Of a DNA stretch of 64,000 nt, positions 15,421-25,238 are shown piece after piece. The stretch is from Thermofilaceae archaeon (GTDB lineage: Archaea > Thermoproteota > Thermoprotei > Thermofilales > Thermofilaceae), in contig JAVYWK010000003.1 in the NCBI GenBank assembly GCA_038727095.1, positions 1 to 64,000 of the forward strand, read 5' to 3'. The position numbers and the translations under genes are program-made. Every line of letters starts with the position of its first letter. The stretch's first letter is position 1. Below the pieces are notes generated by a model. It saw nothing but the letters and a program-made list of their open reading frames with translations. It was not told the DNA's origin and searched no databases.

Positions 15421-16521
15421 GGCTACATCGTCATCGTAAAAGGCTCCCACAGCAACCGTGCCTAGGCCCAGCGACGTGGCCGATAAATAGATGTTCTGAC
15501 CGACCATGCCCGCTTCGAGCTCAGCGTCAGGGCTGTCACTAGGGGTGCATAGCACTATGTTGAGGGGGGCCCGAGCGACCCACTCCTGCCCTAACGCCGC
15601 AGCCGCAAGCCGCGCAGAGACATCCCCTTTCACGATGTTCTCTAGCTCATGCTCCTCTGGCGAGTACCTGTAGACTCCCGGATCCAACCCCTTTATGCTG
15701 CGCGCGGCAAGGTAGCACGTCACTCTGTAGCTCGTCAACGGCTGGTAGGGTCGGACGGGGCCGGAGATGGACCAGAGAAGTATCGACGAGAGCTCGTCCA
15801 AGCGTAGGGGCATGGGACTGTACTTTCTCACCGATCTCCGGTGGACTATCGCCTCTTCAAGCGTGAGTTTGGCTGGTGAAGGTTCAGCAAAGCCCTTTGG
15901 CGGCCTCCGCTCGATCAGCTTGGCCCCCCGCGCGCATATCTCGACGCAGTAGCGTATTCGACCGAGCGGGGGTTCAAGCTTCCTCAGCCGCCCGGCCAGC
16001 CCTAAAGCACTCGCCTCCAGCAAAGCTCCTTGCGCTGCGTGCCCAACCTCCTCGCGGATGTACATGTACCCCCTTTCCCCGTAGACGCCCGTCGTCCTCT
16101 CCGAGACCTCCTCGAAGAGGATCGCAAACGAGCCGCGGCTAGAGACAGAAATGCCCTCGACACGCCTTAAAGCATGCTTGAGCGGGGCCGGGGACTGGTA
16201 GCTGTATACGCCTGGCTCTAGGCCTCGGACAGCTCTAGCAACAACGTACGTCCTCAGCGGGTATGTAGCTCCTGCTGAGGGGGCAGCCCTCAAGCACCTA
16301 CCCCATGCCCTCGCTGTACAACCCTGTGCAGCAAAGACGATTTTCGACAGGGCCTCTAAAGCCACCTCGCTTTCAACGCCCTCGTACAGGAAAGCTGCAT
16401 CAAGCACGGCTTCGGCTATCGTCAAGGAGAGCGTGGGTTTAAAGTCGGGAAGCTCAGAAACCCTCTCCACAAATGGAGGGGGCTGCGCAATCGCTATTAT
16501 TTCTGATCCCTGCAACAGCAT
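15364..16521 (-). CDS. SagB/ThcOx-family nitroreductase with two tandem domains
   Basis: RAAPSAGATYPL, GLEPGVY, EVGHAAQ, RRSVRKY, EAGMVGQNIYL and GLGTVAVGAF motifs. Start reset to ATG 16521 to avoid overlap with the NTPase gene. Confidence 0.85.
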   Translation of the reverse strand: MLLQGSEIIAIAQPPPFVERVSELPDFKPTLSLTIAEAVLDAAFLYEGVESEVALEALSKIVFAAQGCTARAWGRCLRAAPSAGATYPLRTYVVARAVRGLEPGVYSYQSPAPLKHALRRVEGISVSSRGSFAILFEEVSERTTGVYGERGYMYIREEVGHAAQGALLEASALGLAGRLRKLEPPLGRIRYCVEICARGAKLIERRPPKGFAEPSPAKLTLEEAIVHRRSVRKYSPMPLRLDELSSILLWSISGPVRPYQPLTSYRVTCYLAARSIKGLDPGVYRYSPEEHELENIVKGDVSARLAAAALGQEWVARAPLNIVLCTPSDSPDAELEAGMVGQNIYLSATSLGLGTVAVGAFYDDDVASVLRVDERPLYIFPVGRP

Positions 16522-16548
16522 TTTATGTTCGGCCAGACTTAGGGGTCC

Positions 16549-17145
16549 GTGTCGATCAGGAAGGTGTACGTAGTCACAAGGAATCCCGGAAAGCTTCGGG
16601 AGATAAAGTCGATATTGGGTCAATATGGGCTTGCTGTAGAGCCTTGTGAGGCTAAAAAAGTGGAGATACAGTCGGATAGCCTCGAGGAAATCGTAAGATT
16701 CGCCGCCGCTCAAGTGGCTGGTTCCCTGCCGGAGCCGTTTGTCGTAGAGGACTCCGGGCTCTTCATCAAACACTTGAACGGCTTTCCCGGCCCCTACTCG
16801 TCCTATGTTTACAGAACGATAGGGTGCGAGGGAATACTGAAGCTGATGGACAACGTAAACGAGAGACAGGCGTTTTTCTTGAGCGTAGCTGCCCTATGTT
16901 TGGGCGGCGAGATTCGTATTTTTACGGGAAAGGTTGAGGGTACGATTAGCCGTGAAAAAAGAGGATCGCAGGGCTTCGGTTTCGATCCTATATTCATACC
17001 GAGTAATTGCGAGAAAACATTCGCAGAGATGAACCTAGAAGAAAAATGCCGCATCTCGCACCGGGCGAGGTCGTTTAGAGCAATTGCAGAATATTTGTTA
17101 TCCTACTGCAAAAACACTACGAATATTAATGCAAAAGGTGGGTGA
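16549..17145 (+). CDS. rdgB: Non-canonical purine NTP pyrophosphatase (RdgB/HAM1)
   Basis: TRNPGK, VEDSGL, GFPGPYS, GFGFDPIF and SHRARS motifs. Confidence 0.93.
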   Translation: MSIRKVYVVTRNPGKLREIKSILGQYGLAVEPCEAKKVEIQSDSLEEIVRFAAAQVAGSLPEPFVVEDSGLFIKHLNGFPGPYSSYVYRTIGCEGILKLMDNVNERQAFFLSVAALCLGGEIRIFTGKVEGTISREKRGSQGFGFDPIFIPSNCEKTFAEMNLEEKCRISHRARSFRAIAEYLLSYCKNTTNINAKGG

Positions 17146-17222
17146 GGATTATGAACTTCAATTTCTCAACCTCATCAATAAAATTATTTTCAGGCTTTTG
17201 CTTACGCGTAAAAGATATAAAT

Positions 17223-17349
17223 CGAGAGGACGAAGCTGCTCTGGGCGCGGTACCGCTGGCGGGAGTGGGGCAGTGCCACCCGCACTTAGGAGGAAAAGCG
17301 CGCCCCACTTTCACTCCGGCCAGCGGCGCGAAACCCGGGTGACTTCTCG
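17223..17349. other. ~125-nt long imperfect hairpin immediately upstream of the DHH gene
   Basis: Nested complementary pairs CGAGAGG/CTTCTCG, CGCG/CGCG, CCGCTGGC/GCCAGCGG, GGAGTG/CACTCC. GC-rich and preceded by AT-rich AAAGATATAAA. Confidence 0.55.
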
Positions 17350-18297
17350 ATGTATAGCACCCTGCTCAGGCTCATCACGATACTTCACGCGAAGCTCCTC
17401 GGGCGTCCGCTAGCTCTGTGTGATATATCGGATCTCGACGGGATCGCGTGCGCAGCTCTTTTCAAAATGAGGTACCCGGAGGGGCTCGTCGTGCTCGCAT
17501 CTCCCTCCGATGTTCAGAGGGGAAGGCTTCTTAGGTTGGTAGACTGGACTTTCGTAGCTGACCTGCCATGCCCCGGAAAGGCATTGATTAGGGCTGATCA
17601 TCACGCTTCGAACAAGCCTTGCGCGCAGCACGAGTTCTACGACCCTGCAGCGCCAGCAGCAGCCTCCCTAGCGGTAAAGGCACTGGGTCTTGATCACAAC
17701 CCGTTCGCACGGAAGGTGGTAGAGCTGGCCGTTGAAACGGACACGGCCCGAATCGTTTCAGCGGAGGCTCTCGCGTTGAACGATGCGGTTAAGGGTAGCG
17801 GGTACAGGGGGAAGCTGCGTCTCATAGATCTCCTCGCCTCTCGTAGCCTAGAGGAAGTATTAGCGGACGCCGGGGTCAGAGCCTCAATCGAGCGTTACAG
17901 AAAGGTGAGGAAGAGCACGGAGGAGCTGGCCGAGAGACTCCCCCCGAACAAGTTTTTCATCGCGGTCTTCAAGGACGACCTTAAGCTTTCCTATAGGTAC
18001 CTGTGCATACTTATGGAGAGGAGGGGGGCTAGCGTGACGGCCTTGATCGTGCCCAAGGGACTCACATCCCTCAGGATATACCTCGGCTCCGCGTCTCGGG
18101 ACTACGATGTATCGAAAGTGGCAGCGAAATTTGGGGGTGGAGGGCACCCCTATGCCGCCGGAGCCACAGTGAAGTCGCTTCGAAGAGGTTTTGCTGTTAG
18201 GAGGATTCTTGACGAGCTGGCCGACTTCCTAGGCGTAGAGAAACTTAATTACTTGCTCATATCTAAAGAAGGCATCGAAGAGCGCCTGTGGCCTTAG
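17350..18297 (+). CDS. DHH/DHHA1 family phosphoesterase
   Basis: DLDG, ADHH and FGGGGHPYAAG motifs. Confidence 0.88.
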   Translation: MYSTLLRLITILHAKLLGRPLALCDISDLDGIACAALFKMRYPEGLVVLASPSDVQRGRLLRLVDWTFVADLPCPGKALIRADHHASNKPCAQHEFYDPAAPAAASLAVKALGLDHNPFARKVVELAVETDTARIVSAEALALNDAVKGSGYRGKLRLIDLLASRSLEEVLADAGVRASIERYRKVRKSTEELAERLPPNKFFIAVFKDDLKLSYRYLCILMERRGASVTALIVPKGLTSLRIYLGSASRDYDVSKVAAKFGGGGHPYAAGATVKSLRRGFAVRRILDELADFLGVEKLNYLLISKEGIEERLWP

Positions 18298-19943
18298 CGG
18301 GGGCCGGAAAGCAACTTCTCAAGCCTCTCAGTTAGCATTCTGTAGGATTCCTCAACCCACGCTCTGGCTATGGGCTTCATAAGAGCTAGGTACTCGCTCA
18401 AACGCTCTCCATTCAACTGCTGAGCGACGTAGTACAGCGGTATGGAGGGCAGCTTTCTCACGACGCCTATACTCCACTTGTGCTTGAGCCTCTTCAACAG
18501 CGCATGATCAAGCCCCTCGCTCTCCAGCTTTTCGATCAATTCGAGATCCTCTAGTACGAGAAGCTCGGGAAAGACGTGGCTTCGAAGCAAGCCCGGTTCA
18601 TACCACTCCCCTTCGCGAACAACCTCGATAGCGCTCCTCCTGAGCTCCCTAGCGATGCGCTCGTCGACCTCGAAAGAGTAGACAAGATCGAGCAGTTTCT
18701 TCGGCGGACTCGCGTACTTCGACGCGTACTCCAGCCTGTTGATCAACTCGGTCCTCCACGCATCGTACTTGAACAACCTATGACCCCTTTGTAGGAGCTC
18801 GCGAACAATCATTTCCGCTAAACCTTTGGCCTCAGCCACCGCCCCCCAATCGATTGAGGCGGGTGAATCATGATCGGTGTGGTAGAAGTCGACGTACCTC
18901 CAGAGCGAGTGGATAGTCATCGCTGCGACCCCTGCGCTACTGAAGGAGTAGCTGTCGAAGTAGGGGGAGTCCAGCTCGTACTCCACCGCGGGTCCGAGCA
19001 CGGATTTGAGCGCCTCCCTAAACTCTAGACCGCTCGCGCTGATTGTGAGCGGACGTCTAGCGACGACATCCAGATTGACGATCGCCACGAGCTCCTCCAG
19101 TTCACCCGTAGACGCTAAACGCTTCACGAAGTTTCGGGAACCCCACAGCCAGTAGCAGGGATTGAAGTGCGGTGCACCGTACTCCTCAGCCCCAAATAAT
19201 GCGAAGGCGATGCCCCTCAAGTTGTTCAACTCCTCAGCGAGGGAACAAACGAGCGCGACACCGACCGCGTCGTCAGCCGTCCCGGCCAACCATCTGTCGA
19301 CGTGAGCAGTCACGAGAACTCTTGCCTCACCGCTTCCGAAAGCCACGAGATTAGTGGAGCTCGAGTCCTCGGAGTAACGTGTCTTAACCTCAAGCTGGAC
19401 GTAGTGCTTCCCTGTTAGCAGTCGTTGAGCATCCTCGCGTCTTATCGATACAGCGGGTACTGGTGGCGGTAGACCAGGCTCATCTGCGTAGCTCGTGAAG
19501 ATGCCCACCACTATCCTCCTGAGTACGTGGGGGACGAAATCGTAGAACACTACAGCACTTGCGCCGGCCTGCGCGCAGAGAGCGTACTGGGCCGCGACGT
19601 AGTCCGGATCCTCGCTGGTCATCCCGACTAAAGCTACCCTCCCCTCTAACCCGCTCGTAGAGATGTTAACCCCTTCGCCTGCGTAAACTAGCTCCCCTTC
19701 CACGTAGCGGGAAGGTGAGGGGGGCATCGCCGCGGCTTCGACCATCCTACCATCAATGTAAAGCGCTAAGCTTTCCTCGTACCAGCTTGAGCAGGCGAAA
19801 CTCTGCTCTTGAACACTCAACCCGATTCTCTCCAGCATCTCCCTAGCGACTCTAGCCACCCTCGCCTCAGCTTCGGTACCGGGCGCTGCCTCACCCAGGC
19901 TCGCAATCCTCTCTGTCAGCCTTCTTACCCGTAAAACCTCCAT
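18294..19943 (-). CDS. M28 family peptidase with PA domain
   Basis: AHVD, DDAVG, AEEYG, NLD and YHT..D motifs plus a PA insert. Confidence 0.85.
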   Translation of the reverse strand: MEVLRVRRLTERIASLGEAAPGTEAEARVARVAREMLERIGLSVQEQSFACSSWYEESLALYIDGRMVEAAAMPPSPSRYVEGELVYAGEGVNISTSGLEGRVALVGMTSEDPDYVAAQYALCAQAGASAVVFYDFVPHVLRRIVVGIFTSYADEPGLPPPVPAVSIRREDAQRLLTGKHYVQLEVKTRYSEDSSSTNLVAFGSGEARVLVTAHVDRWLAGTADDAVGVALVCSLAEELNNLRGIAFALFGAEEYGAPHFNPCYWLWGSRNFVKRLASTGELEELVAIVNLDVVARRPLTISASGLEFREALKSVLGPAVEYELDSPYFDSYSFSSAGVAAMTIHSLWRYVDFYHTDHDSPASIDWGAVAEAKGLAEMIVRELLQRGHRLFKYDAWRTELINRLEYASKYASPPKKLLDLVYSFEVDERIARELRRSAIEVVREGEWYEPGLLRSHVFPELLVLEDLELIEKLESEGLDHALLKRLKHKWSIGVVRKLPSIPLYYVAQQLNGERLSEYLALMKPIARAWVEESYRMLTERLEKLLSGPR

Positions 19944-19994
19944 CGCGAACCCCTCAACGAACAGCAGAAATACTTGAGCTGCCAAACATGCTCG

Positions 19995-20192
19995 ATGAAC
20001 AGGGAGAAGGGTAGAGGGGAAAGGCTCCTGTCGGATGCTCTAGACCGCATCGATGAAGCTATCCACCTTTTGAGGGAGTACGCCCGTGAGAAGAAAGAGG
20101 AAGCTGAAGCTCTGGAGGACATACTCTACTTCTTGGAGGAAGCCGGTGAAGCACTTGAGCGAATAATCAGATCTCAAGAGCGGGCAGGCTAG
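19995..20192 (+). CDS. Small helical hypothetical protein
   Basis: Amphipathic, acidic ORF with host-like codon use. Confidence 0.55.
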   Translation: MNREKGRGERLLSDALDRIDEAIHLLREYAREKKEEAEALEDILYFLEEAGEALERIIRSQERAG

Positions 20193-20254
20193 CTAGAGAT
20201 CGCATTGCCCGTCAGAAGCCCCGTCTATTCGAGCCTTGAGCCTTTTCTTCAAAC

Positions 20255-20309
20255 AAGTCAGATACCCCAGAAAACGTCACGCCTCGGTCGGCATGACTCT
20301 CATCATCTA
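20255..20309 (-). ncRNA. C/D box methylation guide sRNA
   Basis: Minus strand: ATGATGA, GAGTCATGCCGA, CCGA (D'), GTGACGT (C'), TTTCTGGGGTAT, CTGA. Intergenic with two 12-nt guides. Confidence 0.75.
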
Positions 20310-20365
20310 GGTTCTCTTCCGCGCGCCAGTTTTAAAGTGTTGCTCACCGATCATATGCTGCAGTC

Positions 20366-20773
20366 ATGCCGGCCCCATGGCGTAGGAGAGGGTTTGAAGC
20401 GGAAAGAAGGTTGGTGAAGCTGCTTTCGAAACGCCCTTCAGCTTACGTATTTAGGGTACCAGTGAGCGGGAGCAGGGCTGTACCCAAAGCCAAAACCGCG
20501 CTCCCCGACGTATTCATGGTTGACAACGTGCGCGGTGAGATAGCAGCTTTCGAGGTGAAAGCCACGAGCAAGAGCAAGGTCGCTGTGAAGGCGGAGCAAC
20601 TGGCCAAGCTGTTCAAGTTCCTGGACGCCTTCAAGAGGTACGACAACCGCTACGCTGTCGTAGCTGTATGGTTCTCAAAGGATGGTAAGTGGGTCTTCAA
20701 GTTGGCGCGAGAGGAATTCCCTTTATCCGACATGGTAATCCGCAACTCCGATGAATCGGATTGGGAACCCTAA
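20366..20773 (+). CDS. hjc: Archaeal Holliday junction resolvase (Hjc/Hje family)
   Basis: G..AER.L, FRVPVSGS, PD and FEVK motifs. Confidence 0.85.
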   Translation: MPAPWRRRGFEAERRLVKLLSKRPSAYVFRVPVSGSRAVPKAKTALPDVFMVDNVRGEIAAFEVKATSKSKVAVKAEQLAKLFKFLDAFKRYDNRYAVVAVWFSKDGKWVFKLAREEFPLSDMVIRNSDESDWEP

Positions 20774-20820
20774 GTCAAACCTAAAAGCTGCCTATGAGGA
20801 CGCTATTCTGGTGATGTTAG

Positions 20821-22155
20821 ATGCCCGCTCTAATCCGGTTCGAGAGGGTAAGCGCCCACAGCCATATTAAGGGACTGGGGGTTAGAGATGGCAACCCTCT
20901 CCCTGTCGCTGATGGGCTTGTTGGGCAGCAGGAGGCTCGACGAGCGGCTTGGATTGTCGTGCAAATGATCAAGCAGGGTAAGATGGCTGGGCGCGCTGTA
21001 CTCCTCGCAGGCCCGCCAGGCACTGGTAAGACGGCTCTTGCCGTGGCCATCGCTCGGGAGCTGGGGGAGGATACCCCCTTCGTCGCTATTAGTGGCAGCG
21101 AGATCTACTCAGCCGAGCTGAAGAAGACGGAAGTGCTGATGAGGGCGCTGAGGTCGGCAATCGGTGTAAGGTTGAGAGAGTACCGGCGGGTTTACGAGGG
21201 CCTCGTCAAGAGGCTAGAGGTGAAGTTTGACAGACACCCTTACAACCCCTGGATGCAAGTGCCGGTTGAAGGCACTTTAACGTTGAAGACGACGAGCGAG
21301 GAGAGGACGTTCACAATCGACGGTAGCATCGTCGCTGAGATGCTTGAAAGAGGGGTGAGCGAGGGCGACGTCGTGTGGATTGACGAGGAGACAGGAAGGG
21401 TCTACAAGGTGGGTCGCGGGGCCGAAGCTGAGCGGAGATTCGACCTTTCCTCAGCGAGAAGGGTTGAGATACCGAGAGGTCCTATAGTTAAGGAGAAGGA
21501 GTTCGTACGGACGCTGACGCTTCACGAGTTGGACATGATGCATTCGCGCGGTGGCACGATCTTCTCCCTACTCTTCGGGGGAGCAGAGGAGCGAGAGATT
21601 CCAGCTGAGGTTCGTCGCGGCGTTGATGAAGCTGTGAAAAAGTGGGTTGACGAGGGTAGGGCTGAACTGCTGCCCGGGGTCCTCTTCATAGATGACGTGC
21701 ACATGCTCGACATAGAGGCTTTCAGCTTCCTGTCACGGGCGATGGAGAGCGAGCTGGCACCAATCATCATACTGGCCAGCAACCGGGGCTTTGCCAGGAT
21801 AAGAGGAACCGATTACGAGTCGCCTCACGGCATACCCCTCGACCTCCTCGACAGGCTGCTTATCATAGAGACGAGAGCGTATACAACCGATGAAATAAGA
21901 GAAATCCTCAAGATCCGAGCGGCTGAAGAGAGAGTAAATCTCGAAGATGAAGCCCTTGAACGCCTAACCCAGGTTGGGGTTGAAAGAAGCTTACGTTACG
22001 CTGTGCAGCTGTTGACACCCGCTAAGGTAATCGCAGCCCAGAGGGGGTCGGACTCCGTGAGCGTCAAGGATGTTGAGGAAGCAGCTAAACTATTCGTAAG
22101 CGTTAAGGAGTCCTCCCTTCACTTGAAGCAGTACGAGGAGCTTTTCTTAAGATGA
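20821..22155 (+). CDS. RuvB-like TIP49 AAA+ ATPase
   Basis: AHSHIKGLG, GPPGTGKT, PGVLFIDDVHMLD and SPHGIPLDLLDRLL motifs. Confidence 0.95.
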   Translation: MPALIRFERVSAHSHIKGLGVRDGNPLPVADGLVGQQEARRAAWIVVQMIKQGKMAGRAVLLAGPPGTGKTALAVAIARELGEDTPFVAISGSEIYSAELKKTEVLMRALRSAIGVRLREYRRVYEGLVKRLEVKFDRHPYNPWMQVPVEGTLTLKTTSEERTFTIDGSIVAEMLERGVSEGDVVWIDEETGRVYKVGRGAEAERRFDLSSARRVEIPRGPIVKEKEFVRTLTLHELDMMHSRGGTIFSLLFGGAEEREIPAEVRRGVDEAVKKWVDEGRAELLPGVLFIDDVHMLDIEAFSFLSRAMESELAPIIILASNRGFARIRGTDYESPHGIPLDLLDRLLIIETRAYTTDEIREILKIRAAEERVNLEDEALERLTQVGVERSLRYAVQLLTPAKVIAAQRGSDSVSVKDVEEAAKLFVSVKESSLHLKQYEELFLR

Positions 22156-22555
22156 AGTACAGCTCTACCGCCGTTACAACGATAACTACCTGAGCGAGGT
22201 CGAGGTGGAGCGTCTGCCCTCCAGTGGTCTTGATCGTGTAGAAGAGGGGGTATAGGGCGACTTCCACGTTTCTTGTGAACACTATCAAAGCCAGCTGGAA
22301 GTAGTGAGCGATGGCCATCGCGACCATGCTCATCAGCGTGAACCAGGTGAGAACCATGCGCTCCCTCGAAGCGAAGGAGGCCGCAATAAGCCAGCTGAAA
22401 AACATCACAACTGCTACCCTCCAGAAGGGCATCCAAGGATACTTCGGGTATGGGCAGTACTCGATGCAAACCTTATCTTCAAGCGGTATAGCAGCTGCCA
22501 GCGTGGCGAGCAGCAGTGTTACGAGGGTGGCCGTTACGAGGGGTTCTAAGCTCAC
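22103..22555 (-). CDS. Hypothetical membrane protein
   Basis: Several TM segments. Start uncertain. Confidence 0.55.
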   Translation of the reverse strand: MSLEPLVTATLVTLLLATLAAAIPLEDKVCIEYCPYPKYPWMPFWRVAVVMFFSWLIAASFASRERMVLTWFTLMSMVAMAIAHYFQLALIVFTRNVEVALYPLFYTIKTTGGQTLHLDLAQVVIVVTAVELYFILRKAPRTASSEGRTP

Positions 22556-22607
22556 TCCTCCGAGCTTCACCACGGAGAGCGTAAGTAGCTGAGATTTAAA
22601 AGGGCAG

Positions 22608-23321
22608 CTACTCCAGAGTATAGCGTGAACCAACTCCCGGCACTTCATCGAGGCCAGTGATCTTGCACAACTTCTCCCTAGCCTCAATAGACGTTGAGTG
22701 TAGAGGCACTAGTACGGCATTCCTCGCCCTGGCGAACTTGAGGAGCAGCCGAACATCATGATTATTGAACGTGCTTAGATTGAACCCTCCCAGCAGAGCA
22801 TTTACAACGGAGTTCGTAGCCTCTTCGAATTCTTTGAGCGAGCGGATAACGGAGTCCAAGCCGTAGACGGAGCAAGATACAACCGCAGCATAGCCCCTGT
22901 CAAGCTTTAGCATCACAACCCTTTCGTTGTACAGGGGTGATTCGAGCGGTAATAGAATAATTCCGATTTCAGCGAGCTCTTCCCGGCCCCCGGCCCTAAG
23001 TTTAGGCAAAGGGGGAAGCAATAGCCGGTGGACTCTACCCTCGCGGGCTAGGTCCAGTAAAGCGGCTATATGGTGCGCGCTCCAGACGGTTCCCACAGCA
23101 ACGTTCAAGCGCTCCAGATTCACGCCCAAGGCATCGACGTTGTGAACCATAACCTCCCATAGAGGGCCCCCGTCTATCACTAGGCTGAAACGTTTGCCGT
23201 CCTCACTTTTACCCTCCACGTACAGGCCTAGACCGTGGACCGGTAGAGCACCACGCTTAACCCCTCTTTCGGATATGAAGTCGTCCACCAATACCGTGAT
23301 CCTAAGCTTGGGCAACTTCAC
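22608..23321 (-). CDS. Degenerate MBL-fold metallo-hydrolase
   Basis: ITVLVDD, HGLGLYVE, IDGG, LLGGF and PLHST motifs. The HxHxDH motif is degenerate (WSAHH). Confidence 0.65.
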   Translation of the reverse strand: MKLPKLRITVLVDDFISERGVKRGALPVHGLGLYVEGKSEDGKRFSLVIDGGPLWEVMVHNVDALGVNLERLNVAVGTVWSAHHIAALLDLAREGRVHRLLLPPLPKLRAGGREELAEIGIILLPLESPLYNERVVMLKLDRGYAAVVSCSVYGLDSVIRSLKEFEEATNSVVNALLGGFNLSTFNNHDVRLLLKFARARNAVLVPLHSTSIEAREKLCKITGLDEVPGVGSRYTLE

Positions 23322-23682
23322 CGCCTTGCTTAGAATCCAATTGCTTCAAGTGCTCCTTTATCACCTTCTCCAGTTCAGGCTCGTCTAACCTGTTTGCAAG
23401 CTCCCTACCCTTCTCGCCTAGAGAGATGTACTCCCTGTAGAGCTCCATGAAGTGTGGACCCACGATGTACAGCCGCCTTAGCAATCCCTCGTTGATCATT
23501 TCGCTTAACTGCTGATCAATCAGGAGCGAGTACGGGTACTTACCGTAGAAGCCCAAATCGATTCCCACACTCTGCGATACAGCGTAGAGGATCGCGTGAA
23601 TTGCCCTTCTTTCCATTGGTTTGCCGTAGTTTTTCATAAGCAGCAGTACGAGGCGCCTTGCACTATCCAGTCCCTCCACCAT
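23302..23682 (-). CDS. Hypothetical winged-helix protein
   Basis: F....PYS..I...L..M..EGLL ... LGEKGRE pattern. Confidence 0.55.
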   Translation of the reverse strand: MVEGLDSARRLVLLLMKNYGKPMERRAIHAILYAVSQSVGIDLGFYGKYPYSLLIDQQLSEMINEGLLRRLYIVGPHFMELYREYISLGEKGRELANRLDEPELEKVIKEHLKQLDSKQGGEVAQA

Positions 23683-23782
23683 TAGACCTCACATGGGCGC
23701 GTTAAGCGATGCTTAAAACCTTTAATTCTGCTGCCAACTCAGCGCCTCTGGGTGGTTTCGGATCTCAGTAACCGTTACCGAG

Positions 23783-24031
23783 ATGTGTGAAATATGCCGA
23801 GAGGAAAAAGCTACTCACTACTGTCCCTTATGCGGGAGAAAAGTCTGCGCAGAACACTGGGGTAAGGATCGCTGTCTAGCCTGTGAGATATCAAGCTGCG
23901 AGGAGTGCAAAGAGAGACTAGCCGTCGGATACTGCAAGATCTGTGGCAGCCTGGTGTGCGAGGATTGTTCGATGGAACGGGGGGTGGAGAGATTCTGCCT
24001 GCGCTGCTATCAGGCAAGTCGTACCACGTAA
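23783..24031 (+). CDS. Small Cys-rich zinc-finger protein (B-box-like repeats)
   Basis: Multiple CxxC pairs arranged in two repeats. Confidence 0.7.
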   Translation: MCEICREEKATHYCPLCGRKVCAEHWGKDRCLACEISSCEECKERLAVGYCKICGSLVCEDCSMERGVERFCLRCYQASRTT

Positions 24032-24627
24032 CGCGTCGAAAACCTCCCTGGCTTTCTAACGATTTTAATCCCCGAGTAGTCCGGCACCCACAACCTTAGG
24101 GTGAACGTTTCAAGATCGTACTTCCTAGCTACGAGCTCCCTCCTCAATAGCCTTATGAGGTGGTTAACAACTGCCTTCAGTCTTTCACCTCTTTTCTCGA
24201 GCTCCGGCAGCATCTCAGCGTAGATCGCGTCAACCTTCGCACTTACGTACACTCGCAAGGAGTAAGCCGCATTCACGATTATCAGCGCCACAACTATCAG
24301 CGCTAATGCCATCACATCGAGCAGAAGGCTGGAAAGCCAGAACCTGGCCAGATAAGCGGCGAGCGCCAAGAGCAGGAGGACGAAATTCAGTCGAGTGAAC
24401 TTCGTCGCTAAACGGTCGAGCTTCTCAAGCCTCTTGTACGCAGGGGAGGTTTGGGGTAGCGACAGTATGGCGCGTATATCCTCCTTTATCTCCTCCCAAT
24501 CGTATGGCAGTTTGAGGTTCAACTCAACAATCGCGCGCTCCACTCTCTCTAAGCTCGTATACCGACCGATTCTGAAGCCGTCTAGAGCCTCGATCAACCC
24601 CTTCAGTACCTTCACTTTATCCATCAT
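24010..24627 (-). CDS. Hypothetical membrane protein (two TM helices)
   Basis: Central TM hairpin; operonic with the UDG gene. Confidence 0.6.
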   Translation of the reverse strand: MMDKVKVLKGLIEALDGFRIGRYTSLERVERAIVELNLKLPYDWEEIKEDIRAILSLPQTSPAYKRLEKLDRLATKFTRLNFVLLLLALAAYLARFWLSSLLLDVMALALIVVALIIVNAAYSLRVYVSAKVDAIYAEMLPELEKRGERLKAVVNHLIRLLRRELVARKYDLETFTLRLWVPDYSGIKIVRKPGRFSTRYVVRLA

Positions 24628-25238
24628 AACCACCTGTCGAGACCACCCCTTTCTCCGGATACGAGATCCTTTAACCGTTTAAAGTCCGCCTCCAGCGCAC
24701 CTCTTAGCCTAGGGTTGTACAGTGCAGCAGCGGGATGCAGAGTTGGTAGGCAGAGCACGTCGATGCCAGCAATGCGGAGCCGCCTCAGCGAGCCCCGCAC
24801 CTTCATTATGGATGAGAACTCAATACCTCCCAGCTTAAAGACCGTGCTTGCGCTATGCCTGCCTAGGCACACAAGTATAGAAGGTTTGATGATCCCGATT
24901 TGCATAATCAGATAGGGGGTACATGCATCGATCTCCTCATCCCTCGGATCCCTGTTTTCGGGTGGTCTGCACTTCACGACATTCGTAATGAAGACTTCTT
25001 CCCGCCTTAATCCTGCAAGCCCCAAAAGCTCGTTTAGCAGGTTGCCAGCCGCTCCGACAAAGGGTCTACCCTGCACATCCTCGTTGTAGCCCGGGGCTTC
25101 GCCCACTAGCATCACTCTTGCGTTCGGATTCCCCTCGCCGGGGACAGCATTCCTCCTAGTAGCGTGTAGCGGGCAGCGCGTGCATACTCTGACCTCACGC
25201 GCTACCTTCTCGAGCTCGCTGGCTGCCTCGAGCATCAC
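24624..25238 (-). CDS. udg: Family 4 uracil-DNA glycosylase
   Basis: C..C.L, GEAPG..ED.QGRPFVG, NVVKCRPP.NR and HPAAAL motifs. Confidence 0.93.
   Translation of the reverse strand: MMLEAASELEKVAREVRVCTRCPLHATRRNAVPGEGNPNARVMLVGEAPGYNEDVQGRPFVGAAGNLLNELLGLAGLRREEVFITNVVKCRPPENRDPRDEEIDACTPYLIMQIGIIKPSILVCLGRHSASTVFKLGGIEFSSIMKVRGSLRRLRIAGIDVLCLPTLHPAAALYNPRLRGALEADFKRLKDLVSGERGGLDRWL

Noticed and set aside
16522-16773. N-terminal extension of the SagB-like ORF
   Set aside because: Antisense overlap with rdgB; ATG 16521 gives a normal divergent arrangement.
17285-17312. GAGGAAAAGCGCGCCCCAC resembles RNase P CR-I
   Set aside because: No matching CR-V/P4 partner and the region is too short.
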